Source: Sphyrna mokarran (taxonomy: Eukaryota). From it: a stretch of 64,000 bases of DNA. Every line of letters begins with the position of its first letter. The stretch's first letter is position 1. The translations under genes were made by a program, and so were the position numbers. Under the pieces are notes generated by a model. The model saw only the letters and a list, made by a program, of their open reading frames with translations. It did not search any database and was not told the origin of the DNA. This document shows, in pieces, positions 26,009 to 38,202 of this stretch. The stretch is from assembly GCA_024679065.1 (NCBI GenBank), contig JAGIQG010000040.1, positions 7,564,001-7,628,000 on the forward strand. The letters are read 5' to 3'.

Positions 26009-26635
26009 ATGGTGAAGGCAGGCACTCTGGAGTTATTCAAGAGATACTTACATGGGCACATGAACAGAATGGGGATGGAGGGGTATAGAAAATTGATTTA
26101 AAATAGGGATCATGAGCCGTGGGAATTTCCTGGGAAGTGTGTAAATTGTCGATGATACTGATGTATTTGTTTTATCCTACAGGTACTTCGGCCCTCCTTG
26201 TCTAACAAGGGGCATACACGCGATGGGTCATGAGAGGGCTGCTCTTGGATTTTTCGAGAGTATCCTAGTGCTTCACGTCGTTAGTGTACGTTGGACCTGG
26301 ACCATTTGATGGGCAACACGACAACTCAGTGACTATTGCTGTGCTGTGCTGATACATGGATTTGGGCCTGTGTCTGTGGGAGTTTGCACATTCTCCGCAT
26401 GCTTGCGTGGGTTTTCTCTGGGGGCTCCGGTTTCCTCCCACATCCCAAAGATGTGCTCTTAGGCTGATTAGCAGAACAAATTCTCCCTAAATGGTCTCAA
26501 ATTTGGTTCTAATGCATAGATCTATAAACATAGACAGAGATGACAGGGATCATGAGTAGAAGTGGGAACATGGAGGTGGCGGTGCGGGCTTGTTGGGCCA
26601 AAGGGCCTGTTTCTCGTGCTGTTTTGTTCTTCTTT
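26009..26635 (+). mobile_element. CR1 family 3 3' end with long 3' UTR containing a SINE core
   Basis: Homologous to 59248-59892 and 41194-41820. Confidence 0.85.
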
Positions 26636-27419
26636 GATGAATGTGTAATTATCATAATGACGTTGGCAAGAGCACAAGAGATTTACGTTTACATAATGTT
26701 AACATTACGAAATCTCACCCAAAGTTGCAGTGTAAGTAGCAGCAGTCCGAAAGATATGTTGGTTAGGTGGATTTGCCATGCTAAATACTCCCTAAGTGTA
26801 CCCGAACAAGTGCCGAAGTACTGCAGCTAGGGGGATTTTCACAGCAACTTCATTGCTATGTCAATGTAAGCGTGCTAAAAATAAACTTTAACTTTGACTT
26901 GCAATTTAACTTTAAATAATGCAATAGAGCTACATTTACTTTGTGCAAACTGTGATAATTCATTGAATATTATGTTGCAAATAACGAGAAAGTACTTAGA
27001 GCAATGAAAAAGAGAAGGCTGAAGAACGTAAATATGCCGTTAAAGGAGTGAAATTGCAATGTTAAAAGGTAGAAATACTAACGAAAAGTTTCAGAAGTCA
27101 TATGTTTAACTGGAAAAAATAATACCCACACAGATCAAATCAAAACTCAAATCAAAAATAATATTATAATTAATTGTGTCATGAATAGAGAGAAATTGTC
27201 CAATAAAAGACGCGATAGAAATGTGTTTTAAAAAATAATGAATACCCTTAAAGTGGACCGCTTACATTCTAAGTGGCCATGAGTTAAACCAATTAAAGAG
27301 AATAGACCGTCCTGTTAGACGAGAGAATGATCTGACTGACGGAAAGCTATGATAGCAATACCATTGACTAACAGTTCTTGTCAACAACAGCAATGATGTT
27401 GCTCATCACAATATATTAC

Positions 27420-27489
27420 CTAAAACTCCGACAACTGCTAGAACTGGATAGTAAACGGCAAACAGCAGACCATTTGGTATTCCGTGCAT
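27420..27489 (-). CDS. GPR139-like paralog A, exon 1
   Basis: gaaATG; MHGIPNGLLFAVYYPVLAVVGVL + 1 nt, donor GTAATA; 70 nt, phase 1 compatible with the exon starting at 20072. Confidence 0.85.
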
Positions 27490-27540
27490 TTCTTTCAGAA
27501 GTTCTGAACGCGATTTGCACTGTGCTGAGTCGTTGCCACA

Positions 27541-27548
27541 TTTATATA
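27541..27548 (-). promoter_or_regulatory. TATA box of paralog A
   Basis: TATATAAA 52 nt upstream of ATG; same motif 51 nt upstream of the paralog B ATG. Confidence 0.55.
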
Positions 27549-27919
27549 TGATATTCATTCCCAGGAGATAGGCTGATGCATGATTCAAAACTAACATGAA
27601 CAGATTACAACATTTCCTACAGGGCTCCGTTTGTTGATGGAGATATTAATTTTTAAGGAGCGCTGATTTTGCATTAATTTGAATACACAACGTCTATGTT
27701 GTACGATTATGTTGTACACAGGACCAGGAGAATATAGTTTTGCTAATTGTGGGAGAATAGTTCAACACCGTTATATATAATGTGAATTGCTCACAAAAAA
27801 CTATTATTCTTTGTAGAGCCAGAACCATTTCAACAAGTTCACATCATTTGTCACAGGTTCACTTTGGCACTTCTAGGTTTCCTATGGACGTTTCCCATTT
27901 TCAACGATTTTAAGAGGTG

Positions 27920-29130
27920 CAGTACAATTTGACTGTACAAATTATTTACGGTTAAACTCAATGTGTACTGTAAAAAAAACTGTATGGTTAGAATAAATAT
28001 GCACTGAACCCATTCTGTTCATACCGTATGTTATGCACGGTAAGTATTGCTGTGTACTGTATCAATTCTGCATGATTATTTTCAACGCGCATTCTATCAA
28101 TTTTGTATAGTTATAATCAATGTGCATTGTATCAATTCTGTTTCATTTTTTCAATGTGCACTGTATCAATCCTGTACAGTTATTTTCAATGTGCAATATC
28201 AATTCTGTATAGTTATTCCCAATGAGCACTGGATCAAATCTGTACGATTATAATCAACGTGCACAGTATCAATTCCGAAAAGTTATTATCAATATGCACT
28301 ATTCTCTGCGGTGAGTATTAGTATGTATATTAATCATTCTGTACGGTAAGTATCAGTGTGCACTACATCAATTATACATCAGTGTGCACTTTACACTTTA
28401 TATACAGATGTTATCAACATGCACTCTGCTGATTCTCCATGCTTGGTATTAAGCGGCTCTGTACAATTTCTGTAAGGTTAATTAAAGCGTGCACTATATT
28501 TATTCTGTCAATCAGCACTGTCACAATTCTACGAGTTTTTTTAAGATATATGAGTTCTGTATCATTAGTATCATCCTATACATAGAACATAGAACATTAC
28601 AGCGAAGAACAGGCCCTTCAGCCCTCGATGTTGCGCCGACCAATTACGAAAAAGCAATGACCTTCCAACCTAAACCATTCCCTTTTCATCCATAAACCTA
28701 TCCACTGACCTCTTAAACGCCCCCAAACTTGGCGCATCTACAACTGCAGCAGGCAGGGCATTCCATACCCTTACCACCCTTTGGGTAAAGAACCTATCTC
28801 TGACATCCATCCTATAACTTCCACCCCTTAATTTAAAGCTATGTCCCCTCGTGCTAGCTTTCTCCAACCGAGGAAAAAGGCTATCACTGTCCACCCTTTC
28901 TAAACCTCGGATCATCTTATATGTTTCAATAAGGTCTCCTCTTAGCCGCCTTCTTTCTAATGAAAACAACCTCAAATCCCTCAGCCTCTCCTCATAAGAC
29001 CTTCCCTCCATATCCCTCCATATTCTGTAGTGTATCAATTCTGCGCAGAGAGTCATTCTGCACTGTATGGATTCCCTATGATTAATGTCAGTGCACACTG
29101 CACCAATTCTGTATGGGTAGTGACAATGCA
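27920..29130. repeat. Degenerate ~35-bp minisatellite, split by the CR1 insertion at 28581-29012
   Basis: Unit ~TCAATGTGCACTGTATCAATTCTGTACAGTTATTT (e.g. 28151-28185, next unit at 28186); resumes at 29023-29130. Confidence 0.75.
28581..29012 (-). mobile_element. CR1 family 2 3' fragment
   Basis: MEGRSYEERLRDLRLFSLERRRLRGDLIE...; (ATAGAAC)n tail. Confidence 0.92.
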
Positions 29131-29331
29131 TACTGCGCCAGTTCTTGTGCGTGTGCTTGTGTACGCGCGCGCATGCGCGTGTGTTCTGTGGGAGCCTTCT
29201 TAAGCATATATTAATGTCCATTCTCGTCTCCGTCAGGGTAGCTCAATATTCTTCTTCCTGGATATGATTCAGTTGCTCTCCGCCACTTTTTCACATGATG
29301 CCATATGATTTAGTGTAAATTATTATCTATT

Positions 29332-32300
29332 ATGGTCTACACCTGAACCAGAGGGGAACCAATATCTTGGGGGGGAAATTTGCAAAGGCTATGCAGGGGG
29401 TTTAAATTGATTCAGAGGGGGGGTGGGATCCTGAGTAGTTTGGATGTTAAGAGGGACGAGAATACGGGGGGTCATAGATGAGAACTGTAAAGCACCGCAG
29501 CGTAAGGGTGGAGGAGGGCATGGTTTGAAATGCGTATACTTTAATGCAAGAAGTATTCGCAATAAGGTGGAGGAACTTGCAGCTTGGATCAGTACCTGGA
29601 ACTTCGATGTTGTGGCCATTTCAGAGACATGGATAGAGCAGGGACAGGAATGGTTGTTGCAGGTTCCGGGGTTCAAATGCTTCAGTCGGAGTAGCGAAGG
29701 AGGTAGAAGGGGGGGAGGAGTGGCATTATTAGTCAAAGACTGTATCACAGTGACAGAAAGGAAGTTTGATGAGGGCTTGTCTGTTGAGGTAGTATGGGCT
29801 GAGATTAGAAACAGGAAAGGAGAGGTCACCCTGTTGCGAGTCTTTTATAGACCTCCTAAAAGTTCTAGAGAGGTAGAGGAAAGGATTGCAAAGTTGATCC
29901 TGGACAGGAGTGAAAGTAATAGGGTAATTGTTATGGGGGACTTTAACTTTACTAATATTGATTGGAATAGCTATAGCTCTAGCTCGTTAGAGGGGTCAGT
30001 TTTCGTACAAAGTGTGCAGGAAGGTTTTTTGACTCAGTATGTAGATAGGCCAACTAGAGGTGAGGCTACATTGGATTTGGTGCTGTGCAATGAGCCAGAC
30101 CAGGTGTTAGGCTTGGAAGTTAGTGAACATTTTGGTGATAGTGACCACAATTCGGTTACGTTCACCTTAGTGATGGATAGGGATAGGCACGAACCTGGGG
30201 GCAGTAATTATAGCTGGGGGAATGGTAATTATGAGGCCATTAGGAGGGAATTAGGGTGCATAGGTTGGACTAGGAAACTACAGGGACTGGGAACATCTGA
30301 AATGTGGAACTTATTCAAGGAGCAGCTACTGCGAGTCCTTGATAAGTATGTCCCTGTCAGGCAAGGAGGAAATGGTCAAGTAAGGGAACCATGGTGTACT
30401 AAAAAAGTTAATTTGCTGGTTAAAAGGAAAAAGGAGGCTTATGTCAGGATGAGGTTTGAAGGCTCAGTTAGTGCACTGGATAGCTATAGATTAGCCAGGA
30501 GGGAGCTAAAGAGTGAGTTGAGGAGAGCTAAAAGAGGACACGAGAAGACTTTGGCTGATAGGATCAAGGAGAATCCTAAGGCTTTCTTTAGATATATTAA
30601 GAATAGACGATTGGTTAGGGCAAGATTAGGGCCAGTCAGAGACAGCAGTGGGAAGTTGTGTGTGGAGCCTGAAGGGATTGGAGAGGCACTGAACAAGTAT
30701 TTCTCTTCGGTATTCACGCAGGGAGATGTAAATGTAGTTTTGGAGAACACTGGGATACAGGGTTGTAAACTGGAAAGTATTGAAGTAGATAAGGAGGATG
30801 TGATAGATATTCTTGAGGGTTTGAAGTTAGATAAGTCCCCTGGACCGGACGGGATTTACCCTAGGATTCTCTGGGAGGCGACAGAGGCGATTGCAGAGCC
30901 TCTGGCTCTGATCTTCAGGTCGTCGTTGGTTATGGGTTTAGTGCTGGAAGACTGGAGGATAGCGAATGTGGTCCCATTGTTCAAGAAGGGGAATAGAGAC
31001 TTTCCGGGGAATTATAGGCCAGTGAGTCTTACTTCTGTTGTGGGCAAAGTATTGGAGAGAATTATTAGGGATACGATTTATAGTTATTTAGAGAAAAATG
31101 AATTGATTGGGGATAGTCAGCATGGTTTTGTGAAGGGTAGGTCGTGCATTACAAACATAGAACATAGAACATAGAACATTACAGCACAGAACAGGCCCTT
31201 CTGAAACCTTATTGAGTTTTTTGAAAAGTGACCAAAGAGGTGGATGGGGGTAAGGCAGTTGATGTGGTATATATGGACTTTAGTAAGGCGTTCGATAAGG
31301 TGGCCCATGGAAGGCTTCTGCAGAAAATGCAGATGTATGGGATAGAGGGTGCTTTAGCTAATTGGGTTAGGAATTGGCTAGCAGATAGAAGACAGAGGGT
31401 GGTGGTTGATGGGAGATATTCATCGTGGAGTTCGGTGACAAGTGGTGTACCTCAGGGGTCTGTTTTGGGGCCCCTGCTGTTTGTAATTTTTATAAATGAT
31501 CTGGATGAGGGTATTGAAGGATGGATTCGTAAATTTGCAGATGACACTAAAGTCGGTGGAGTGGTAGATAGTGAAGAGGGGTGTTATAGTTTGCAGAGGG
31601 ACTTGGACAAGTTGCAGAGCTGGGCCGAGAGGTGGCAAATGGATTTTAATGTGGAAAAGTGTGAGGTAATTCACTTTGGCAGGAATAACAAATGTGTAGA
31701 GTATAGGGCTAATGGTAGGACTCTTAATAGTGTTGAAGAACAGAGGGATCTTGGTGTATATGTGCATAGATCCCTGAAAGTTGGCAATCAGGTCGATAAG
31801 GTTGTTAAGAAGGCATACGGAGTCTTAGCTTTTATTGGTAGGGGGATTGAATTTCGGAGCAGCAACGTCATGTTGCAACTGTACAAAACTCTAGTGCGGC
31901 CGCACTTGGAGTATTGTGTGCAGTTCTGGTCCCCGCATTATAAAAAAGATGTGGAGGCATTGGAGAGGGTACAGAGGAGGTTTACCAGGATGTTGCCTGG
32001 TATGGAAGGCAGGTCTTATGAAGAAAGGCTGAGGGATTTGAGGTTGTTTTTGTTAGAAAGAAGGCGGCTAAGAGGAGACCTTATTGAAACATATAAGATG
32101 ATTATAGGTTTAGATAGGGTGGACAGTGATAGCCTTTTTTCTAGGATGGAGAAAGCTAGCACGAGGGGACATAGCTTTAAATTAAGGGGTGGTCGGTATA
32201 GGACGGATATCAGAGGTAGGTTCTTTACCCAGAGGGTGGTTAGGGTATGGAATGCCCTGCCTGCGGCAGTTGTAGATGCGCCAAGTTTGGTGGCGTTTAA

Positions 32301-32417
32301 GAGGTTAGTAGATAAGTTTATGGACGAAAAGGGAATGCTTTTTCCTAATTGGGCGGCGCAACATCGAGGGCCGAAGGGCCTGTTCTGCGCTGTAATGTTC
32401 TATGTTCTATGTTCTAT
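29332..32417 (+). mobile_element. CR1 family 2: end of ORF1 plus whole ORF2, disabled
   Basis: GLHLNQRG (ORF1 end), ORF2 CVYFNARS, ISETW, GDFN, SDHN, QHGF, FADD; broken by a 45-nt antisense insert at 31157 and a 1-nt deletion near 31225; (GTTCTAT)n tail. Confidence 0.95.
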
Positions 32418-33252
32418 TAACATGTGGGAATGTGATAAATACAACAACGTTCAACGATGGACGGCAGAACGTTAAATAAAGAGTTGGAAAGATTCAATGA
32501 AGCAGAAAGCATGATTGATGCTCTTCATAAGAAAATGAGAGCTAATTATTATCTTTAATCAATTTCTACTAACCAAAAGCTTTCATTTACTGTTGTGTAA
32601 CATTTAGCATCCTTCTTGAAGCTGTGAACTAATGCAAAAATACAACGTTCAGAATTAAAAACTATTTACAAACCTGAGTATTGATGTAAGTCCTCACGTG
32701 ACGTCCTGGACATGTAGAAGTTTAACTAATCGACATTTCAAAATTCAATGGATATTTACAGCTGCTGAATCTTCATCAAGGAAGAGGAAGATATGGAAAC
32801 AACTGTTCAATTATACACATGTAGTACTTAAGTTTTTTTCATTTAGCTGTCCGTGCAATATGCATTTATTCTACAAGTTAATGAAACCTCAACACTAACG
32901 TTGATATACATATTAGATGTTATACAATTTCATACATCCTTAGGTAATGAATGGAGTTTCTAATCTCAAATCTTCCTTTCTACAATTCACAATATTTACA
33001 AACGAATATAGATTTGTGCAATCGATTTACGACTTTGAGTGGAATTCATAAGATATCAGGATATCAAAATGCAAGAGAAATGAAAACTAAGTCAGAACGG
33101 TTTATAAACTGAGTAATGCGCATAGCTAAATGCGCACATTGAGTAAGGATTTAAAAACGAGTGCGCCATGGAAGGAACAGATGTGTGGCATGGGCAACAC
33201 AAGGCATCCTGCAATATAATCTGCAAATCATTTTCGGAGCATTTTATTGACA

Positions 33253-34160
33253 TTATCTCGATATTGTAGCACAAAGCTTCAGTGGATATTTCAGGCCATT
33301 AATCAACTGGACTCTCATTTTTCCCTGGGTCACAGCATAAATAAACGGGATGACGCAGGAAGTCAATAGTTGGAGCACATATTCACTTTCTGGCAGAGCA
33401 AAGATGGAATTACTGAAATTGGAAGCGAGAAATAAATAACTTCTGAAATTCGAACATGTACAATGTTTATAAAAGAGATGATGTATGACAGCATCAAAGT
33501 ACCCGAGATAGCAGAGAGTAAAACAATAGACTTTTTCCGGTTCTCCATCTCTGCATCACAATGATCCTCCTGATTGTTTTGGTCCCAGATTCTCTTGCAG
33601 GCTCTATTGGCCTCTAGAATATGTCTGACAGTCATTGAGTTGAGCACCAATACCAGGATGAATAGAAGAGAAGGGTTTAAAGGTAAACATATCCAGCTAT
33701 AAGCTATCCATGCCAGTGACGTATAAATTATTCCCTTAATGTCACAGAACCAAGGTATATTACTAATTATGTTCTTAGGTTTAATTTGTAAATGTATGAA
33801 CATATTCTTTACACGGGCGAATACAGACACAATTAATGTAACACGTGCTGTCATCTTCTACTCGGTGCAGTAAGTTATTTTCAGTTTCTGGCAGGAAATA
33901 GTCACAGATCGATCAAAGATGAAAGCGACTGTTAATCAGGCAGAGCTTCAATGCCGCAATATTTAAGGCAGCTAGTCAACTACAGATTGGTGCAATCGAC
34001 AGAAAACTTGTAGGAAAATAGACCCCAGCGATTCGGTTCAACAGGACTGCCGTGACCATAAACAGTAGGTCTGACACCGCCATGGACAACAGATAATAAT
34101 TGACACGGCCAGAGAGACCGTATGTTCTTCGAGACAATATCATACTGATTTCCACATTAG
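33253..34160 (-). pseudogene. GPR139-like paralog B, exon 2 (pseudogene)
   Basis: ILSRRTYGLSGRVNYYLLSMAVSDLL...FDRSVTISCQKLKITYCTE*...PWFC...EMENRKKSIVLL...SCVIPFIYAVTQ...KYPL; at least three in-frame stops, frameshifts, acceptor AG reads AA at 34161-34162. Confidence 0.9.
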
Positions 34161-34309
34161 TTATTGTACGGGTGAGGTAAAGGGAGAAATTAGATACGTT
34201 AATTTTGCACCCCTTTAAAATAATCAGTCTTATTGATTTCTTGCGAAATTTAAATGTTTATAACGTAGTCATAATCTTTTATTTAAAAAGTTGGGACAAC
34301 TTATGGAAT

Positions 34310-34622
34310 TATAGAATTCTACAGGGCAGAAGGAGGCCATTCCGCTCATTAAGTCTGCACGGACCACAATCCCACCCAGCCTCTCTCGGCATAACTCCTT
34401 GCATTTACTGTAGCGAGTCCCTCTGACATTAAGGCGCAACTTAGGAAGGCCAATCCACCTAACCCACACATCTCTGGACTCTGGGAGGAAACTTCTATAC
34501 CAAGAGGAATCCCGTCACAGACATGGGGAGAACATGCAAACTCCGCATAGACAGTGACCGAAGCTGGTAAGTTACCCAAGCTGGGAAGCAAACCCAAATC
34601 CCTTGCACTGTGAAGCAGCAGC
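34310..34622 (-). mobile_element. tRNA-derived SINE
   Basis: V-SINE-like core and CR1-type tail. Confidence 0.75.
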
Positions 34623-34624
34623 GA

Positions 34625-36270
34625 ATTGATTTGATTTGATTTTTTATTGTCACATGCATTAACATACAATGAAAAGTATTATTTCTTGTGCACCATACAG
34701 AGAAACATACTGTTCATAGAGAAAGAAACAGGACACTGCAGAATGTAGTGATATAGTCATAGCTAGGTTGTAGAGAAAATTTAACTTAATGCAAGGGAAG
34801 TCCATTAAAAAGTCTGACAGTAGCAGGGAAGAAGCTGTCGGTACATGACCTCAGACTTTTCTATTTTTTTCCGAATGTAAGCGACAATGTTCGGGGAGCA
34901 TGGGGTCTTTAATTATGCTGGCTGCTTTGCCGGGGCAGCAAGAAGCGTTGACAGTCAATGGATGGGAAGCATAATGGACTGGGCTACATTCTTGACCTTT
35001 TATAGTTCCTTGCGGTGTTGGGCAGAGCAGGAGCCACACCAAGCATTGATACAACCAGAAAGAATGCTTTCCATGATGCATCTGTAAAAATTGGTAAGAA
35101 TCGTAGCTAACATGCCAAATTTCCTTAGTCTTCTGTGAAAGTAGAGGCATTGGTGGGCTTCCTTGACTGTAGTGTCGGCATGTTTGTGGTGATTCATGCA
35201 CCTAAAAACGTGAAGCTCTCGACGCTTTGTACTTCGTAGCCATTGATGTAAACAGGGGTAAGTTCCCTTGTATGCTTTCTAAAGTCGATGACAATCTCCT
35301 TCGTTTTGTTGACATTGAGGGAGAGATTATTGTTACTGCACCAGTTCACCAAATTCTCTATCTCATTGCTGTATTCTGTCTCATCATTGTTTGAAATCCG
35401 ACCCACTACGTGTGGTATTGTCAACAAACTTGAAAATCAAATGGGAATTTGGCCTTATAGATATATAAGAAATACAGTAGGAGGTCTGAGAACAATAGCC
35501 TGATAAAGCTCCTAAACATCGCGAGATTTCAAACACGCGCCCAACAGTTCTCAAGACTCACTCTATTACTAACTGGAGTTGTTAGGAATATTCAATGACA
35601 AGTGAGAGACTCAACTGATAAAGGTACAAGCCAAGTCATCTGCTTGAATGACGACTTGGCTTTAAATGCCAATGTCAGACTCCTATTGTCAGACTACAGC
35701 TTAGTATCCAATACTATTATTCCCACGAAACTCATCTCCAAACTCTGTAGAATTTCAGTTTCTGGCAGGAAATAGTCACAGATCGATCAAAGATGAAAGC
35801 GACTGTTAATCAGGCAGAGCTTCAATGCCGCAATATTTAAGGCAGCTAGTCAACTACAGATTGGTGCAATCGACAGAAAACTTGTAGGAAAATAGACCCC
35901 AGCGATTCGGTTCAACAGGACTGCCGTGACCATAAACAGTAGGTCTGACACCGCCATGGACAACAGATAATAATTGACACGTCCAGAGAGACCGTATGTT
36001 CTTCGAGACAATATCATGCTGATTTCCACATTAGTTATTGTACGGGTGAGGTAAAGGGAGAAAGCCTTGCAGGGCACCTGTGTTGACGATGATAGTGGAG
36101 AAGTGTTGCGTCTCCTTCCTGATTTTGGTCTGTGAGTTAGCAAGTTCAGGATCCAGTCGCAAAAGGAGCTGCGGAGGTCCAGATCACAGAGTTTGGAGAT
36201 GAGTTTCGTGGGAATAATAGTATTGAATACTAAGCTGTAGTCAATAAATAGGAGTCTGACATTGGCATTT
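34625..36270 (-). mobile_element. Rex1/Babar-like LINE RT fragment, split by the insertion at 35489-36063
   Basis: VRLLFIDYSLVFNTIIPTKLISKL (36064-36270), TGALQG, then WCSNNNLSLNVNKTKEIVIDFRK (35194-35427); (ATCAA)n tail at 34625. Confidence 0.8.
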
Positions 36271-36445
36271 AAAGCCAAGTCGTCATTCAAGCAGATGACT
36301 TGGCTTGTACCTTTATCAGTTGAGTCTCTCACTTGTCATTGAATATTCCTAACAACTCCAGTTAGTAATAGAGTGAGTCTTGAGAACTGTTGGGCGCGTG
36401 TTTGAAATCTCGCGATGTTTAGGAGCTTTATCAGGCTATTGTTCT
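35489..36445. repeat. 260-bp inverted repeat (35489-35748 / 36186-36445)
   Basis: Arms align without gaps (coordinate sum 71934), few substitutions. Confidence 0.92.
35753..36063 (-). pseudogene. 311-bp direct duplicate of the paralog B exon-2 5' end (copy of 33879-34189)
   Basis: Constant offset 1874, only isolated substitutions, same stop codons. Confidence 0.92.
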
Positions 36446-36740
36446 TTTCAAGCCATTTGCCCCTTGTGCCCATTAGAACTCCGAAGTACTGAGGCTCAAG
36501 GCCTCTTCTCGGTTTCCTTATTTTGTGGTCCAAGGTGATTGTATTTCTTCCATGCTTTCTCCAGACTTCGGCAATTATGTTCAAAATGGATAGTCACATC
36601 TACCACAGCGACAAGTTGACCTTTTTTCCCTTCTTGAAAATATGCCCGGTTTCCGGGGGGGAACATCTGTGGTAACAAATCGTGGTTCCATATATGACAT
36701 CCAATCATATTTTCGATGTAATTGCACAGTTGGTACTCCA
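36272..36740 (-). mobile_element. Decayed R2-like non-LTR element, restriction-like endonuclease domain and 3' end
   Basis: Across frameshifts: KYDWMSYMEPRFVTTDVPPRKPGIF...VAVVDVTIHFEHNCRSLEKAWKKYNHL...YFGVLMGTRGKWLEKNNSLIKLL, matching the R2 W..EP..KPD..VDVT..KY..G.RGKW...N..LL pattern. Confidence 0.7.
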
Positions 36741-36879
36741 CTCTGACTCACGAAGGCTGAGGAGAGATCTTATAGAGACTTACAAGATAATGAAGGGGCT
36801 AGATACGATAGAGGTAGACAGATTCTTTCCACTTAGAAAGGAAAACAGAGTAGAAATCGTCGATTTTTTCTCAGTAGTG

Positions 36880-37155
36880 CCACAAGTAGGATGACATTAA
36901 CACTGCAATGAACCTACTGTGAAAATCCATCTAGTCAGCACACTCCAGCATCTGTTCAGGTACATTCAGGGAGAATTTAGCATGGCCAATGCATCTAACC
37001 AGCAGCTTTTCAGAAGTGGGAGGAAACCGGAACACCCAGAGGAAACCCATGCAGACATGTGGAGAATACGGAGAGTGTACAGTGAGCAAGGTGGAACATG
37101 AATCTAGATAACTGGCACTGTGAAGCAACAAAGCTAACCACTATGTCACCATACT
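36880..37155 (-). mobile_element. tRNA-derived SINE, second tail type
   Basis: V-SINE-like core; TTCATTGCAGTGTTAATG tail. Confidence 0.75.
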
Positions 37156-38074
37156 GCACATTCATAGTGGAAGAAAAAAATTCCCGCACTTAACACTCAT
37201 AAGTTTAAAAACATCAGCAGTGGCGACTGTAGAAGAATAGAAATGGATTGCGTCATTGAGTGTTAGAGACTAAAAACAGAAACACTGCTTTTGAACTTAA
37301 GGTAATGAACGTCTATCAAATAAACTGAAGCTACATCACTGTTTGTATATTTGTCACGTTATCAGTGCCCCAAAATGTTCCTTAAATAAAAATGTTAGTT
37401 TCCTTTATTTTTCAATTATTCAATCGACTCAAACTATGAATTGTTCATTGAAATCATTCTGATGCAGTCAAAAGCAGAAATACAAAATATGTTTATATGT
37501 TAATCGTGATAACAAGGCCAATGACACGATGAAGATTAATTTAAACTGTGATATACATATGAGAATTCACCCGCAGGCAGGCTCTCAATGTCAAAATGGA
37601 GCACAATTTTCAACACACTCAAGTGATTGGAATTCAGCAAGGTAAAATTGACCATAACACATCTGAACTAAATTTGCACCCTTTAATAAGATTCCAGTGC
37701 AAACAACAACACAGCAGAAAAAAAAAACATTCACATCATGACATGTCAATTGTCGATGGTACTAATTATGTAACTGTCATGAGGATTAGTACCAGTCACT
37801 GAAAAATAGAATGCCGATAAGTTATGCAGGCAAAAGAAGAATCCATGCAGGTAAATGAGAAAAAAGGTAATGTGAAGTGGGGAAATTGCAGGCTGAAATT
37901 ATGCCAATTAAACAAAACAAGTTAATTAAATGTAACATTATTACGGGATTTATACCATAATATCTTAAATAGGAGTGAAATTACCAATAGTTAGAAAAGT
38001 GACTCTGGTAAAATGAAAAAATTAGTATAATAACCAATGACAAATGTCAGAATTAAGTCAATTCAAACATTTAC

Positions 38075-38144
38075 TTGGAATGCCGATAGGTGCAATGAAT
38101 GGATAGTAAATTGCAAACACTAGATCTTTTGGTCTTGTGTGCAT
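38075..38144 (-). pseudogene. GPR139-like paralog B, exon 1
   Basis: gaaATG; MHTRPKDLVFAIYYPFIAPIGIP + 1 nt, donor GTAAAT; 70 nt like paralogs A and C; not in the ORF track. Confidence 0.85.
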
Positions 38145-38194
38145 TTCTAATAGAAGCTGTGAGTTCACTTTGCTCATCACAGAAAATCATTCCA

Positions 38195-38202
38195 TTTATA
38201 TA
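38195..38202 (-). promoter_or_regulatory. TATA box of paralog B
   Basis: TATATAAA within a 14-mer (CATTTATATATGAT, + strand) shared with paralog A. Confidence 0.5.

Noticed and set aside
27920-28570. CRISPR-like array
   Set aside because: Contiguous degenerate tandem units without unique spacers; vertebrate context, no cas genes.
35850-36332. 160-aa RT-GPCR fusion ORF as a new chimeric gene
   Set aside because: Accidental read-through across a rearrangement junction; ends at the pseudogene stop; no promoter or splice evidence.
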